The position numbers and the translations under genes were made by a program. The notes below the pieces were generated by a model. That model was not told where the DNA came from. It saw only the letters and a list, made by a program, of their open reading frames with translations, and ran no database searches. From a virus (taxonomy: Duplodnaviria; Caudoviricetes), in IMG/VR virus record IMGVR_UViG_3300037422_000264, positions 1-33,338 of that record: 33,338 bases of DNA. The stretch is one strand, 5' to 3'. Positions 18,793-27,297 of this stretch are shown one piece after another. The stretch's first letter is position 1. The number at the start of each line of letters is the position of its first letter.

Positions 18793-19080
18793 CTACCTTG
18801 GGTTGTGGGTGGGCTCTTGAATGCGGGTTTCGATAGGAGTTTCAACGCTTTCCAGCGTTTTTTGCGGCTCAGAAATTCTTATCGTTTTTTTCTCTAGCGC
18901 GACCTCGGCGTCAATGCCTTTCCAGATTTGCGCGTGCCCTCTCGCTCGGTCTGAGGCTTCCACGTCGACCTCCACTTTGACGGCCCTGATCTCCCCAGCG
19001 TATTTCACCGCCACGATCTTGCCGGTGGGAACCGAGCGCAGTTCGTTGATGAGCCTGGCCTCCCGCTGCGTCAGCTTCAC
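18793..19080 (-). CDS. Hypothetical protein (95 aa)
   Basis: GTGA coupled start; (M)KLTQREARLINELRSVPTGKIVAVKYAG. Confidence 0.6.
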   Translation of the reverse strand: MKLTQREARLINELRSVPTGKIVAVKYAGEIRAVKVEVDVEASDRARGHAQIWKGIDAEVALEKKTIRISEPQKTLESVETPIETRIQEPTHNPR

Positions 19081-19811
19081 AGGCCGGCCCCCGCGTGCTT
19101 CAGCGAAAACTTCCGGTTCACGATCTTGAAAGCCCAATGGTGGCTGTTGGTGACGGGGCTGTGAAAATAGTGCAGGCCGGTGAAGCTGATGTCCCGTGCG
19201 TCGATGCGCCGGTTGTTCAGGATGTTGACGAGGTGCTCGCCCAGCGTCATCGTGACTTCGAACACCGCAGGGTAGTCGTCGTGCAGCTTGGGCAGGCGCG
19301 CATACCCGCGCTTGAGGTACTCGGGCGCGGCCTCGGTGGTGATGGCGTAGGGATCGTAGGTGAGCTCTGCCGAAATCTCGCCCGATGGCGTCCAGAAAAT
19401 ATTGCCCGCCTTCAGCGCCCTGGGCCGGTATTCTTTTTCCCGGCACAGGTTGCCCACGGCGTTGGCCAGCTTGAAGGCGAAGTCTATAAGCTGGGGCAGC
19501 TTGTGCTCGATCCGCGTCAGGGCGCCGTAGTGCCGTTCGATGTCGTTCAGGTGATCGTCTTCGCCCTTGAGGCTGTCCTCGACCTGGCGGCTCAGCGCCT
19601 TGGCCTTGGCCGCCGCGCTGCTCAGCTCGGCGTCGGGGCCCGGCGCCACGCCCTCCTCCTCGGCCTTGATGTTCTTGGCGACCTCGTCCAGTTCGGACCG
19701 GTGCTCGGCTCGGTGGGCTTCCCAGAGCTGGTCGAATTCGGCCTCGTTGTGTGCCGTCAGGTTGACGTTGCAGACTGGGCAGGTGTGTGCTCGGCTGGGG
19801 ATCTCGCTCAT
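19077..19811 (-). CDS. Hypothetical protein with N-terminal CxxC...H Zn-finger-like motif
   Basis: ATGA coupled start, AAGGAG RBS; HTCPVC...WEAH. Confidence 0.7.
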   Translation of the reverse strand: MSEIPSRAHTCPVCNVNLTAHNEAEFDQLWEAHRAEHRSELDEVAKNIKAEEEGVAPGPDAELSSAAAKAKALSRQVEDSLKGEDDHLNDIERHYGALTRIEHKLPQLIDFAFKLANAVGNLCREKEYRPRALKAGNIFWTPSGEISAELTYDPYAITTEAAPEYLKRGYARLPKLHDDYPAVFEVTMTLGEHLVNILNNRRIDARDISFTGLHYFHSPVTNSHHWAFKIVNRKFSLKHAGAGL

Positions 19812-20032
19812 GCTGGCTCCTTTGATGGGAAGAAGCGCTTCTTGAGCCGGGCCAGAAGGCCGGGCTTGTCCGGGGTGATGTCGCCTTGGCCGTACTCGAG
19901 GCGCCCGTAGTATTCGGTCAAGTGCTGCAGCAGCTCGACGCCGTCCTGGTGCTGCAGCGTCAGCGTGGTACGGTGGCCGTCGTCGACGGCGATCACCACC
20001 GCCCGGCTTTCGTCCATGTCGACTGTGATCAT
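19808..20032 (-). CDS. Hypothetical protein (74 aa)
   Basis: GGAGG RBS directly after the MuF stop. Confidence 0.65.
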   Translation of the reverse strand: MITVDMDESRAVVIAVDDGHRTTLTLQHQDGVELLQHLTEYYGRLEYGQGDITPDKPGLLARLKKRFFPSKEPA

Positions 20033-21892
20033 TTAAACCTCCACTCCCAGCTCGCCGGCCCGGCGCTCGAGCCACGCATCGAACTTTTCAACGGGCGCGA
20101 TCTCCCACTTGCCCTCGGGGTTGCGGATCCCGCGGGCGTCGTCGCTCAACTCCTCGGGCATGTCGAGGCCGATCAGGTTGCTCCAGCTTTTCAGCTTGGG
20201 CGCCTTTGTGCATCTGCAATTATGGACAATAACCCCGTTACAGATGTATATTGGCAGGAAACCACTCTGGAGGTCGTACACATGCCCGCTAAAATAACTG
20301 GTCTTGATCTCGACAATCTTAGGCGCCTGTACGAATCGGGCGTATCTGAGAAACAGCTCGCTGCTCGACATGGTGTGTCGCGCAATGTTGTCAGAAGCCG
20401 ATTGCTCTCCCTCGGCGTCTCTCCCCGTAATCGCTCTGCCGCAATGTTCACACGCATGGCCCGCACCAGCTCCAGGGAGCGCCAGCGCCTCACTTCCGCT
20501 GCCCATGCTGCCGTGCGAGGAAGTCGCAGAAGCCAAGAAAATCTTGAGGCTGCGGCCAAGGGACGCGAAAAGGTCGGAAAGGTCTTTTCTTATGCTGAGA
20601 ACTTGATGCGTGAGCTGCTCAAAAAACGCGGGCTTGAATGCGTGCCGCAGAAGGCCGTTGGCCCCTACAATCTCGATCTGGCCGTCGAAGCCTGCCGCGT
20701 CGCCGTGGAAATCTTCGGGGGCGGTTTTCACGCCTCTGGACGCCATGCCCACCGCCATTTTGAGCGCACTAAATACTTGCTCGATCTTGGCTGGGCTGTC
20801 GTTGTGGTCTGGGTTGATGGCCTTCATCATCCCCTTGGGGTCGGTGCTGCTGATTACGTGGCCGCCTTGGCGCAAGAGCTTCGCTCTAAGCCATCCCGTC
20901 GGCGTCAGTACCGGGTGATTCTCGGTAACGGCGAACTCGCTTCCGTCCGAAAGACGCACCTCAATGATCCTGCCGCGATAGCTCGCCTTGGTGGCGGCTT
21001 GGACTTGGGGCGCTAAAACAAACTGCCCCGCAGGCACACAATTCGGGTGCAGCGGCGCCTCGGTGTCGTTGCCCCAGGGGTCCTCGCCGGGGTCTTCCTT
21101 CTCGATCTCTTTGTCGGTCTTGCCCTCGCGCCGCAGGCACCAGGGGCAGAGCCGGTCGTCGGGCGTCACCAGCCACTCGGTCTCGTCTTCGTCGAGGAGG
21201 TCTTTGTTCTGCTCGTAGGTGAATCCGCGGGCGAGGTTCTGGGCGCGCATGATCTCGCTGCGGGCGATGACCGCGGCCCGATTGGCGTAGCCGCGGGGGT
21301 TCTTGAGGTTCTCCAGCCCCATGACCTTGGTCAGCCGCTCGGCCGCTTGCTGGATGCCCTCGCCTTGGATCAGGCTCTGGGTGAGCTGGTCGCGGATGTC
21401 TGCTGCCATCGCGTTGGTGATGATGCCGATGCGCTGGCTGAACATCGCGCCCCGGTATGGCGTGTTGACGAGGATCCGCACCGCGTCCTCGGGTGGCCGG
21501 GCAAACTTGATTGGCGTGCCGGGGGGTGTGGCCTGGTCGAGCGCCCACGCCGTCTTGTCGTAGGCGTGCCTGAACTGCAGCATGGCGCCCGCGCCGATCT
21601 CTTCCTCGAGCGCCACCTGCAGGCGGCTCAAAGTCTGCTCAACGGAGCCGAGCAGCGCCTGCAGCCGGCCGCTGTCCAGAAATTGGTTGTAGCTCCAGCC
21701 CGTGGTGCCGCCCAGCCCTGTGGTGAGCCGGGCGATCAGCTCGTCTTGGGCCACGCGGTAGGCCTTGAGCAGCCGGATGACGCTTTCGTTCTCCTCGCCC
21801 CGCAGCGTCTTCATGGCGCGGGCGTAGAGCATGTCGATCACTTGCCGCTGGGTGAGGAAGCCGCCCGCCTGGGCTGTCTTGATTCCGGGCAC
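20033..21892 (-). CDS. MuF/SPP1 gp7-like minor head protein, intein-containing precursor
   Basis: RAAVIARSE, DDRLCPWC, PLHPN|CRC motif interrupted by an intein; follows the portal. Confidence 0.92.
   Translation of the reverse strand: MPGIKTAQAGGFLTQRQVIDMLYARAMKTLRGEENESVIRLLKAYRVAQDELIARLTTGLGGTTGWSYNQFLDSGRLQALLGSVEQTLSRLQVALEEEIGAGAMLQFRHAYDKTAWALDQATPPGTPIKFARPPEDAVRILVNTPYRGAMFSQRIGIITNAMAADIRDQLTQSLIQGEGIQQAAERLTKVMGLENLKNPRGYANRAAVIARSEIMRAQNLARGFTYEQNKDLLDEDETEWLVTPDDRLCPWCLRREGKTDKEIEKEDPGEDPWGNDTEAPLHPNCVPAGQFVLAPQVQAATKASYRGRIIEVRLSDGSEFAVTENHPVLTPTGWLRAKLLRQGGHVISSTDPKGMMKAINPDHNDSPAKIEQVFSALKMAVGMASRGVKTAPEDFHGDAAGFDGQIEIVGANGLLRHAFKPAFFEQLTHQVLSIRKDLSDLFASLGRSLKIFLASATSSHGSMGSGSEALALPGAGAGHACEHCGRAITGRDAEGEQSASDNIARHTMSSSELFLRYARFVQAPKIVEIKTSYFSGHVYDLQSGFLPIYICNGVIVHNCRCTKAPKLKSWSNLIGLDMPEELSDDARGIRNPEGKWEIAPVEKFDAWLERRAGELGVEV
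20223..20274 (+). promoter_or_regulatory. Candidate promoter and Shine-Dalgarno for the antisense endonuclease
   Basis: TGGACA (20223-28), N18, TATATT (20247-52); GGAGGT (20269-74) 7 nt before ATG 20282. Confidence 0.5.
20282..21016 (+). CDS. HTH + Vsr/DUF559-like endonuclease encoded antisense inside the intein (244 aa)
   Basis: LYESGVSEKQLAARHGVSRNVVRSRL (HTH); SYAENLMRELL...PQKAVGPYNLDLA...VAVEIFGGGFH...ERTKYLLDLGWAVVVVW; strong RBS. Confidence 0.8.
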   Translation: MPAKITGLDLDNLRRLYESGVSEKQLAARHGVSRNVVRSRLLSLGVSPRNRSAAMFTRMARTSSRERQRLTSAAHAAVRGSRRSQENLEAAAKGREKVGKVFSYAENLMRELLKKRGLECVPQKAVGPYNLDLAVEACRVAVEIFGGGFHASGRHAHRHFERTKYLLDLGWAVVVVWVDGLHHPLGVGAADYVAALAQELRSKPSRRRQYRVILGNGELASVRKTHLNDPAAIARLGGGLDLGR

Positions 21893-21895
21893 GGT

Positions 21896-23827
21896 TTACT
21901 TCCGGCCTTTGCGCCGGGCTTCCACCGCAGACTTTGGGGTGGGCTTCGACTTCTTGCCCGGATCCGTGGGCTCGTTTTCCTCTGGCTCCTCGTCGTCACC
22001 GGCGCCCGCGTTCCACTCCTCGTTGCCGCCGCCCATGTCGGACTCGGCTTGGATGGCCTCGGCTTCCTCCTGCGGGTCGTAGCTCGTGACGCCAATCTCC
22101 TTGGCGTACATGGTCGCGGCGCGCTCGTGGCTCAGGTACTTCTGCGCCTCGCCCAGCACAATGGCCTCGAGCTTGGCCTTGCGGTCTTCGCCCGCGGGCT
22201 CAGGGAAGATGATTTCGAAGCTCTTGTCGATGGGCTCATCGACTTCCTTGCTCAAAAGCAGAGCTGTCGCTTCCTTGATGACGGACTTCCAGTTGCGCTG
22301 CACCAGCGCCAGCTTCAGCTTGCTCAGCGACGCGGGCCGCACCTGCGTCTCAGGCAGCGTGCTGTCGCTGTCGAGCACAAACTCGCCGATGCGCCGGATG
22401 TACCGCTCGATCACCATCTGCTTGTCTTCGATGTTGCGGCTGGCCGGCCCTTCCTTGGTGCGGGCGGTCTCGGCTGTGCTCCCCGCCGCGCTCTCGCCCA
22501 GCCACTCGGGCGCGATCCCGGCGCCCACGGCGATCACGTTCTTGATCTGCTCGCCCACGTTGTCGCGGCCCTGGGTACTGCTCGAGGTGGGGTTCAAGTA
22601 GCTGAACTCGACGTCCTTGTTGTGGATGCGCGTGCTGCCCGCCGGCGGGATGCGCTGCACATCGGGGTTGGAGGCGTAGGCGTCGACGTCAGCTTGGTCG
22701 CCGTCGATGGCGATGTCGAGGCCCCAGCTTTCCTCCATCTGGGCCTTCACCACCTTGGCGTTGAAATAATCGCGGAAGCGCTTGAGCCAGCTCAGCACCG
22801 CGAACAGGTCGGAGCGCCCTCGCTTCTCACCGGGGGCGTTGTTAATCTTGATGTGAATCACCTTGTCGCCAGGGATGTCGTTGATGATGTACTCAGTGTT
22901 CTTGTCCGTGGGCTTGTAGGTGAGCTGCCACTGGGTGGGGTATTGCTGGTGGAAGTAGAGCGCGACCTCGGGGGTGAGCGGGTCGGTGACGATCTCCCAG
23001 ACCGTGCTGGGGTCGATCTGCTTGAGGATGGGCAGGCCCTCGGTGTCGAAGGCCTTCTCGGTCATGATCTCGCCCGCCCAGACCAGCGTCTCCACGTCGG
23101 TGCGCAGCTTGGCCTGAAAGTCGGTGCGCTTCTCGAAGTCGTCCCAGCACTTCTGCGCTGCGGGGCTGGCAAACAAAACCTTGACGCCCTTGCCCACCAC
23201 GTAGCTGCGCAGGATGTTGACGATGGCTTTGCCGAAGGGGTGGTGGTTCTTGCTCCAGAACGCCTTGGCGTGCATGTCGAGGTAGTCGTAAATATAGAGC
23301 TGCTTGGAAAAGGGGCCTCCCAGCAGCGGGGTGTACTCGTCGTTGGGGGGCCCCACGATGCTGCCCGTGGTGAGGTCGTCGCCGCCGTAGTTGAAGGCGT
23401 CTAGCCCCAGCGTCTCGAGCAGCTTGGCCGCCGCCCAGTCCTTGCGCTGGGTCAGCTTCCTGAACGCCTCGGTGCTGTCGACGCGCACGAGGTCGACCTT
23501 GTACAGGACGCCCTGCTTGAGCGCGTGGTGCCTCGACTCGCTCAGCTTGGCGAATCCGAGGCGCCAGCCCTTGCCGGTGTGCTGCGCCTCGATCATGCGC
23601 CCGTCTTTGTAGGCGGTCACCACGGCGATGCGCCCGCGCACTTCGACCTTGCCCGCGGCGAGGCCCTTGCTCTCAACGGCCATGCGCTTGTAGTGCTCAT
23701 GGGCGCTGATCGTGGTTTCGCTCAGGTTGCTTTCGGGGTTGTACTCGTCGGCCTTCTTGACGTGGATCCGTGCGCGACCGCCCCGGCGCTCTCGGTCAGC
23801 CGGGTGTCTGAGTTTGTTCTTTGCCAT
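21896..23827 (-). CDS. Portal protein with N-terminal extension
   Basis: ATG 23827 with AGGAG; VIHIKINNAPGEKRGRSDL, IAVGAGIAPEWLG; acidic tail; follows TerL. Confidence 0.88.
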   Translation of the reverse strand: MAKNKLRHPADRERRGGRARIHVKKADEYNPESNLSETTISAHEHYKRMAVESKGLAAGKVEVRGRIAVVTAYKDGRMIEAQHTGKGWRLGFAKLSESRHHALKQGVLYKVDLVRVDSTEAFRKLTQRKDWAAAKLLETLGLDAFNYGGDDLTTGSIVGPPNDEYTPLLGGPFSKQLYIYDYLDMHAKAFWSKNHHPFGKAIVNILRSYVVGKGVKVLFASPAAQKCWDDFEKRTDFQAKLRTDVETLVWAGEIMTEKAFDTEGLPILKQIDPSTVWEIVTDPLTPEVALYFHQQYPTQWQLTYKPTDKNTEYIINDIPGDKVIHIKINNAPGEKRGRSDLFAVLSWLKRFRDYFNAKVVKAQMEESWGLDIAIDGDQADVDAYASNPDVQRIPPAGSTRIHNKDVEFSYLNPTSSSTQGRDNVGEQIKNVIAVGAGIAPEWLGESAAGSTAETARTKEGPASRNIEDKQMVIERYIRRIGEFVLDSDSTLPETQVRPASLSKLKLALVQRNWKSVIKEATALLLSKEVDEPIDKSFEIIFPEPAGEDRKAKLEAIVLGEAQKYLSHERAATMYAKEIGVTSYDPQEEAEAIQAESDMGGGNEEWNAGAGDDEEPEENEPTDPGKKSKPTPKSAVEARRKGRK

Positions 23828-24080
23828 TGTCGTCTCCTGCTGGGGTGGGGGTGGCCATCGCGGCCATTTTCTTTTCGAAGCCTTCTCTCCAAATCTCGTA
23901 CTTGTTGGTGGCGCGCCGGATCCGCGGCCAGGGCGGCAGCCCCAGGGCGTTGAGCTGCGCCGCCTGCACCTTGTCTGGCTGCGTGACTTGCTCGGCCTCG
24001 GTGGTGCCAAGGATGAAGGCCAGCATCGATTCGATGCGCTGGAGCCTGAGTAAAACTTCCTGCTCTTGCTCTGGGCTCAT
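23796..24080 (-). CDS. Hypothetical protein (94 aa)
   Basis: GAGG RBS, abuts the TerL stop. Confidence 0.6.
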   Translation of the reverse strand: MSPEQEQEVLLRLQRIESMLAFILGTTEAEQVTQPDKVQAAQLNALGLPPWPRIRRATNKYEIWREGFEKKMAAMATPTPAGDDNGKEQTQTPG

Positions 24081-25859
24081 TCAATCCTCAAAAAAGGCGC
24101 GGCGCTTGACCTTGTGTTTCAGTAGCCGCTGGGCTGCCGCCTTCCAGGTGCTACGATACCACGAACAGAACTGTGTGAACATATCCACCTGATCCGAAAA
24201 TTTGCCCGTGGGGAAGGCTGCGGTCTCGGTCAGGAAGTCCTCGAGGTAGGGGGCGCCCTGCAGCAGGAGCACCTGCTTGGGGTGGCGCTCCCCTGGCACC
24301 GGTGCCTCGATCATGCCGGCCACGGCGTTGGCCCGGGCTACCTTGTCGCCTGCGGGCTCCACCGGCACCAGCGTGTTCTTGGGCAGCGACTCGGCCAGCT
24401 CGGGGATGAGGTCTTTGCCGCTGGCCTTGTCTTCGATCAGGAAGCGGTAGGCCCCGGTGCGATTGTGGGCCGTGCGCGCCCGGGTCTTGAGCTGCGGGAA
24501 GGCCCACCAACCCTTGTCCACGTCGATCAGCACAGCCTTGTCGCCGCCCGTGAGGATAGCAAAGGTGCCGATGACGCTCCGGGCGTTGCTCTCCTTGGTG
24601 CTGAAGGCTGTATCCGCGCTCAGCACCTTGCAGAGCGTGCCTTCCTTGACTTGCTGCTCGGTGGCGTAGTGCCAGGCGTCCCGGCGCAGGATGGCGCCCT
24701 CGCCGGCCGAGGGGCGCTGCTGGTAGAGCGCGTTCCACCAGCGGATGCCGCTTTTGCGGAGCCGGGCCTTGATCTTGCCCAGCCGCTCGTCGTTGAACTT
24801 GTCCGGCCAAAGGGCGGCGCCGTGGGGCCTGTGGTCTCGAATGTAATTGGGCGCGCCCGCGGGGGGCTCGGCCATGTCTTCCCGGATGGCCTCGAACTTG
24901 ATCACCACCCAGCCCTCGGTGGGCTCCCCGGCCTCGACTGCTTCCTTTTCGGCCTGGAGGATGCGCCCGATGAGGTCGTCTTCGTGCCAGCGGGTGGCGC
25001 AGATCACGATAGCCGCGTCGCCCTCGTCGCGGCTCAGGAAGGTGCTGAGGTACCAGTCCCAGATGTTGTCGCGGATGGTCTCGCTGTCGGCCTCTTTCGG
25101 ATCTTTGATGGGGTCGTCGATGATCCCCAGCGTCATACCCGTGCCGGTCAGCGTGCCGCCGATCCCCGTGGCCATGTAGTAGCCCGTGCGGTTCACGATT
25201 TCGAAGTACTCTGTTTTGCGCACCCAGCGCGCCCCGGCGAGGCTCTGCTTGGTCTCGCTGGGCAGCATGGTCTCCGGGTGCAGCGCCTTGTACCCGGGGC
25301 TAGTCATGATGCGCTGCACCGCCCGGCTTTCCTTCTTGGCCAGCGTGCCGTTGTAGGTGGCGTGCACCACCTGGCCGTCGGGGTGGCGTCCGAGGTAGGC
25401 CGCGGGAAGGCGCCGGCTCACTCGCTCGCTTTTGCCGTGCCGGGGTGGCATCTCGATGATGACGCGCTTCAGGCGCCCGGCGACCACTTCCTCGAGCGCC
25501 TTGTCCATAATCGTGTGGTGCCAGTTTTGCTTGTTGCCCTTGAAGGTGTAGTGGATGAAGGCGCCGAAGTCGGCCCGGGCGGCCTTCCGGCGCAGGCCCT
25601 CAAACGCCGCCTCCCTCGCCGTGATTTCTGTCCTTGGGCGCCACCAGTCGCCGTCCCACAGACTTGGGGGTGGGCTTGGCTGGGTGGGATGGCTTGTGGG
25701 CTGCTGGGGTGGTCTTGGGGCTTCCCACGGGCTTTCCTTGGCCACCTGCGGGGCCTGGGGGCCCTTTCCGGGGGGCTGCAGGGGCTTTGCCAGCGGTGCG
25801 CTTGGGCTGGGGGGCCCGCCGGGGCTGGTCGGCTTCAATGACGCGGATGAGGTGCTCAT
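24081..25859 (-). CDS. terL: Terminase large subunit (start uncertain)
   Basis: Walker A MPPRHGKS, Walker B IIDDP, TRWHEDDL, LYQQRP, nuclease SADTA, IEDKASG, DQVD. Confidence 0.95.
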   Translation of the reverse strand: MSTSSASLKPTSPGGPPSPSAPLAKPLQPPGKGPQAPQVAKESPWEAPRPPQQPTSHPTQPSPPPSLWDGDWWRPRTEITAREAAFEGLRRKAARADFGAFIHYTFKGNKQNWHHTIMDKALEEVVAGRLKRVIIEMPPRHGKSERVSRRLPAAYLGRHPDGQVVHATYNGTLAKKESRAVQRIMTSPGYKALHPETMLPSETKQSLAGARWVRKTEYFEIVNRTGYYMATGIGGTLTGTGMTLGIIDDPIKDPKEADSETIRDNIWDWYLSTFLSRDEGDAAIVICATRWHEDDLIGRILQAEKEAVEAGEPTEGWVVIKFEAIREDMAEPPAGAPNYIRDHRPHGAALWPDKFNDERLGKIKARLRKSGIRWWNALYQQRPSAGEGAILRRDAWHYATEQQVKEGTLCKVLSADTAFSTKESNARSVIGTFAILTGGDKAVLIDVDKGWWAFPQLKTRARTAHNRTGAYRFLIEDKASGKDLIPELAESLPKNTLVPVEPAGDKVARANAVAGMIEAPVPGERHPKQVLLLQGAPYLEDFLTETAAFPTGKFSDQVDMFTQFCSWYRSTWKAAAQRLLKHKVKRRAFFED

Positions 25860-26409
25860 CGGTGATCTCGCTCAGGGTCTTGGGCCCGTGCAGCAGCCCT
25901 GGGGGGCTATTGGGCACGGGCACCGGTACTGGGGTTCCGGGCTCGTCTCCATCAAAGGGCGTCGACCCATTGATGGGCTTCCCGCGGCGCAGGAAGATTT
26001 CGCGCTCGATCTCGGTGGCTGTGGCTGCGGCGCGGATGGCCTCCATGCCGCTCAGTCGGGTGCTGTCGTCGCCCAAGGTCTGCACCGCCTTGAGCTTGAG
26101 TATGTCGGCGGTGTCGAGCATGCCCCGGAGCCGCTTCTCGAACTCCCGGCTCAGCATGCCCAGCACGCGTTGGGCCGCTGCGGCTTCGGCTTGTTGCTCA
26201 AGCGCTGCTCGTTGCGTATTCCAGCCGTCCTTGGCCGAGCGCTGCCGCAGGTAACCGGCCCTTATGCCGATCTCGGCGGCTGCCAGGTCAAAGGTCGCCC
26301 AGCGTCCGCCGAGGTAGTCGGCTTTGATTTTCGACCAACTCCATGCGCCGTTCTCGTGCTGCCATTGGTTGGGCGGCCCGTCAGTTTTCCGGCCCGGCTT
26401 GCTGGTCAT
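25600..26409 (-). CDS. terS: Terminase small subunit (putative)
   Basis: Upstream of TerL; WSKIKADYLGG...LAAAEIGIRAGYLRQRSAKDGW HTH pattern; LSEITDEHL. Confidence 0.7.
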   Translation of the reverse strand: MTSKPGRKTDGPPNQWQHENGAWSWSKIKADYLGGRWATFDLAAAEIGIRAGYLRQRSAKDGWNTQRAALEQQAEAAAAQRVLGMLSREFEKRLRGMLDTADILKLKAVQTLGDDSTRLSGMEAIRAAATATEIEREIFLRRGKPINGSTPFDGDEPGTPVPVPVPNSPPGLLHGPKTLSEITDEHLIRVIEADQPRRAPQPKRTAGKAPAAPRKGPPGPAGGQGKPVGSPKTTPAAHKPSHPAKPTPKSVGRRLVAPKDRNHGEGGGV

Positions 26410-26719
26410 CTATTTTCTCGGCTGGGTATTCCGGGCGGCTCTTGATCTCGTTGTTGAAAAACTTGCCGACACTCTCGGCGGTCAGGAGCCCGTGGGCGGT
26501 TTCACGTGGAACGCCTTTATAGCGCCAGCGGTTGCCGTTGCCGAACATGACCTCGATGGTGCCAGTCTGGGCTTCCTCGGCGGCGTAGAGGTCTTCTCCT
26601 GCGGCGCCGAGCCACGCGATGGCCTTGAGGTTGCTACTGGTGACGGGGCGGTAGTGCTGGGGGAGTTGGGGGGCGGGGGCTTCGGCGCCCTCGGTGTCGG
26701 TGCGGGTGGGCGTGCTCAT
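26381..26719 (-). CDS. KTSC domain protein
   Basis: PVTSSNLKAI...IEVMFGNGNRWRYKGVP...LLTAESVGKFFNNEIK. Confidence 0.88.
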   Translation of the reverse strand: MSTPTRTDTEGAEAPAPQLPQHYRPVTSSNLKAIAWLGAAGEDLYAAEEAQTGTIEVMFGNGNRWRYKGVPRETAHGLLTAESVGKFFNNEIKSRPEYPAEKIDDQQAGPEN

Positions 26720-27297
26720 TCTTCGCCCTCGGAGTTGTCTTCGCCTTCATCGGTGGCGCCGCCCAGCTCGAGCTGGCTGTCTTCCTCGGTGATGTCGCGG
26801 GTTTCGTTGGGGAGTTCCTCGTCGGTGTCGGTGCGCTTGTAGGTCACCTTGCCCGTCTTGAAGTTCTTGGTCTCCTCGACTTCCATGTCCACCAGCTCGC
26901 CCTTGTCCACGGTTTCGCGGAGTTCCACGATCTCGGCGGCCAGCGCCTTCATCTTGTCGCTGTAGCCCTTGGCCACTTGCTTGCGCTCGGCGTCGATGGC
27001 TTCCTCCTCGCGGAGCTTATGCACCAGTTCGGTGGTTTTCTGGGTCTTGGTGTCGGCGTCCTGGCCGATGCGCACGCGCTTGGTGATGATGCGCCGGTGG
27101 ATGGTCTCAGTCTTGGCGGTGCTCCCGGCGGCGGTTTTCGCTTTCTTCTTGGCGGTTTTTTTCATTTTCTCCTCTGTGATGGGTGTAGGGGCCGCGGGGC
27201 GTTGCCCTTGGGCTCCGGCTGGGTTGAGTACTGGGCACTGGTGTAGGGGCTTTGCGTGGCAGAAACAGGCTTGTTGGTCGGGGGCGAGCTCGGTCAT
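26716..27297 (-). CDS. Hypothetical coiled-coil protein (alternative start 27165 with GAGGAG RBS); paralog of 30676-31068
   Basis: ATGA coupling at 27297; shared ETK.F...T.KR.DT motif. Confidence 0.7.
   Translation of the reverse strand: MTELAPDQQACFCHAKPLHQCPVLNPAGAQGQRPAAPTPITEEKMKKTAKKKAKTAAGSTAKTETIHRRIITKRVRIGQDADTKTQKTTELVHKLREEEAIDAERKQVAKGYSDKMKALAAEIVELRETVDKGELVDMEVEETKNFKTGKVTYKRTDTDEELPNETRDITEEDSQLELGGATDEGEDNSEGEE

Larger units (their letters stand above)
20219..21040 (-). mobile_element. Intein (274 aa) in MuF
   Basis: Block A C1-VPAG, block B VTENHPVLT, GWLRAKLL, block F VYDLQ, block G IVHN, +1 Cys; removal restores HPNCRC. Confidence 0.92.

Noticed and set aside
20033-20218. 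MuF C-terminal polymorphic toxin
   Set aside because: The C-extein is only about 60 aa with no toxin motif
19886-20281. 5' extension of the antisense endonuclease ORF in the ORF track
   Set aside because: Shadow of the MuF C-extein and the next gene; RBS and domain start point to ATG 20282
21047-23404. 785-aa + strand ORF and similar long antisense ORFs (7593-9350, 15426-16862, 24282-25841, 27718-29091)
   Set aside because: Shadow frames of GC-rich minus-strand genes with no recognisable motifs, unlike 20282-21016
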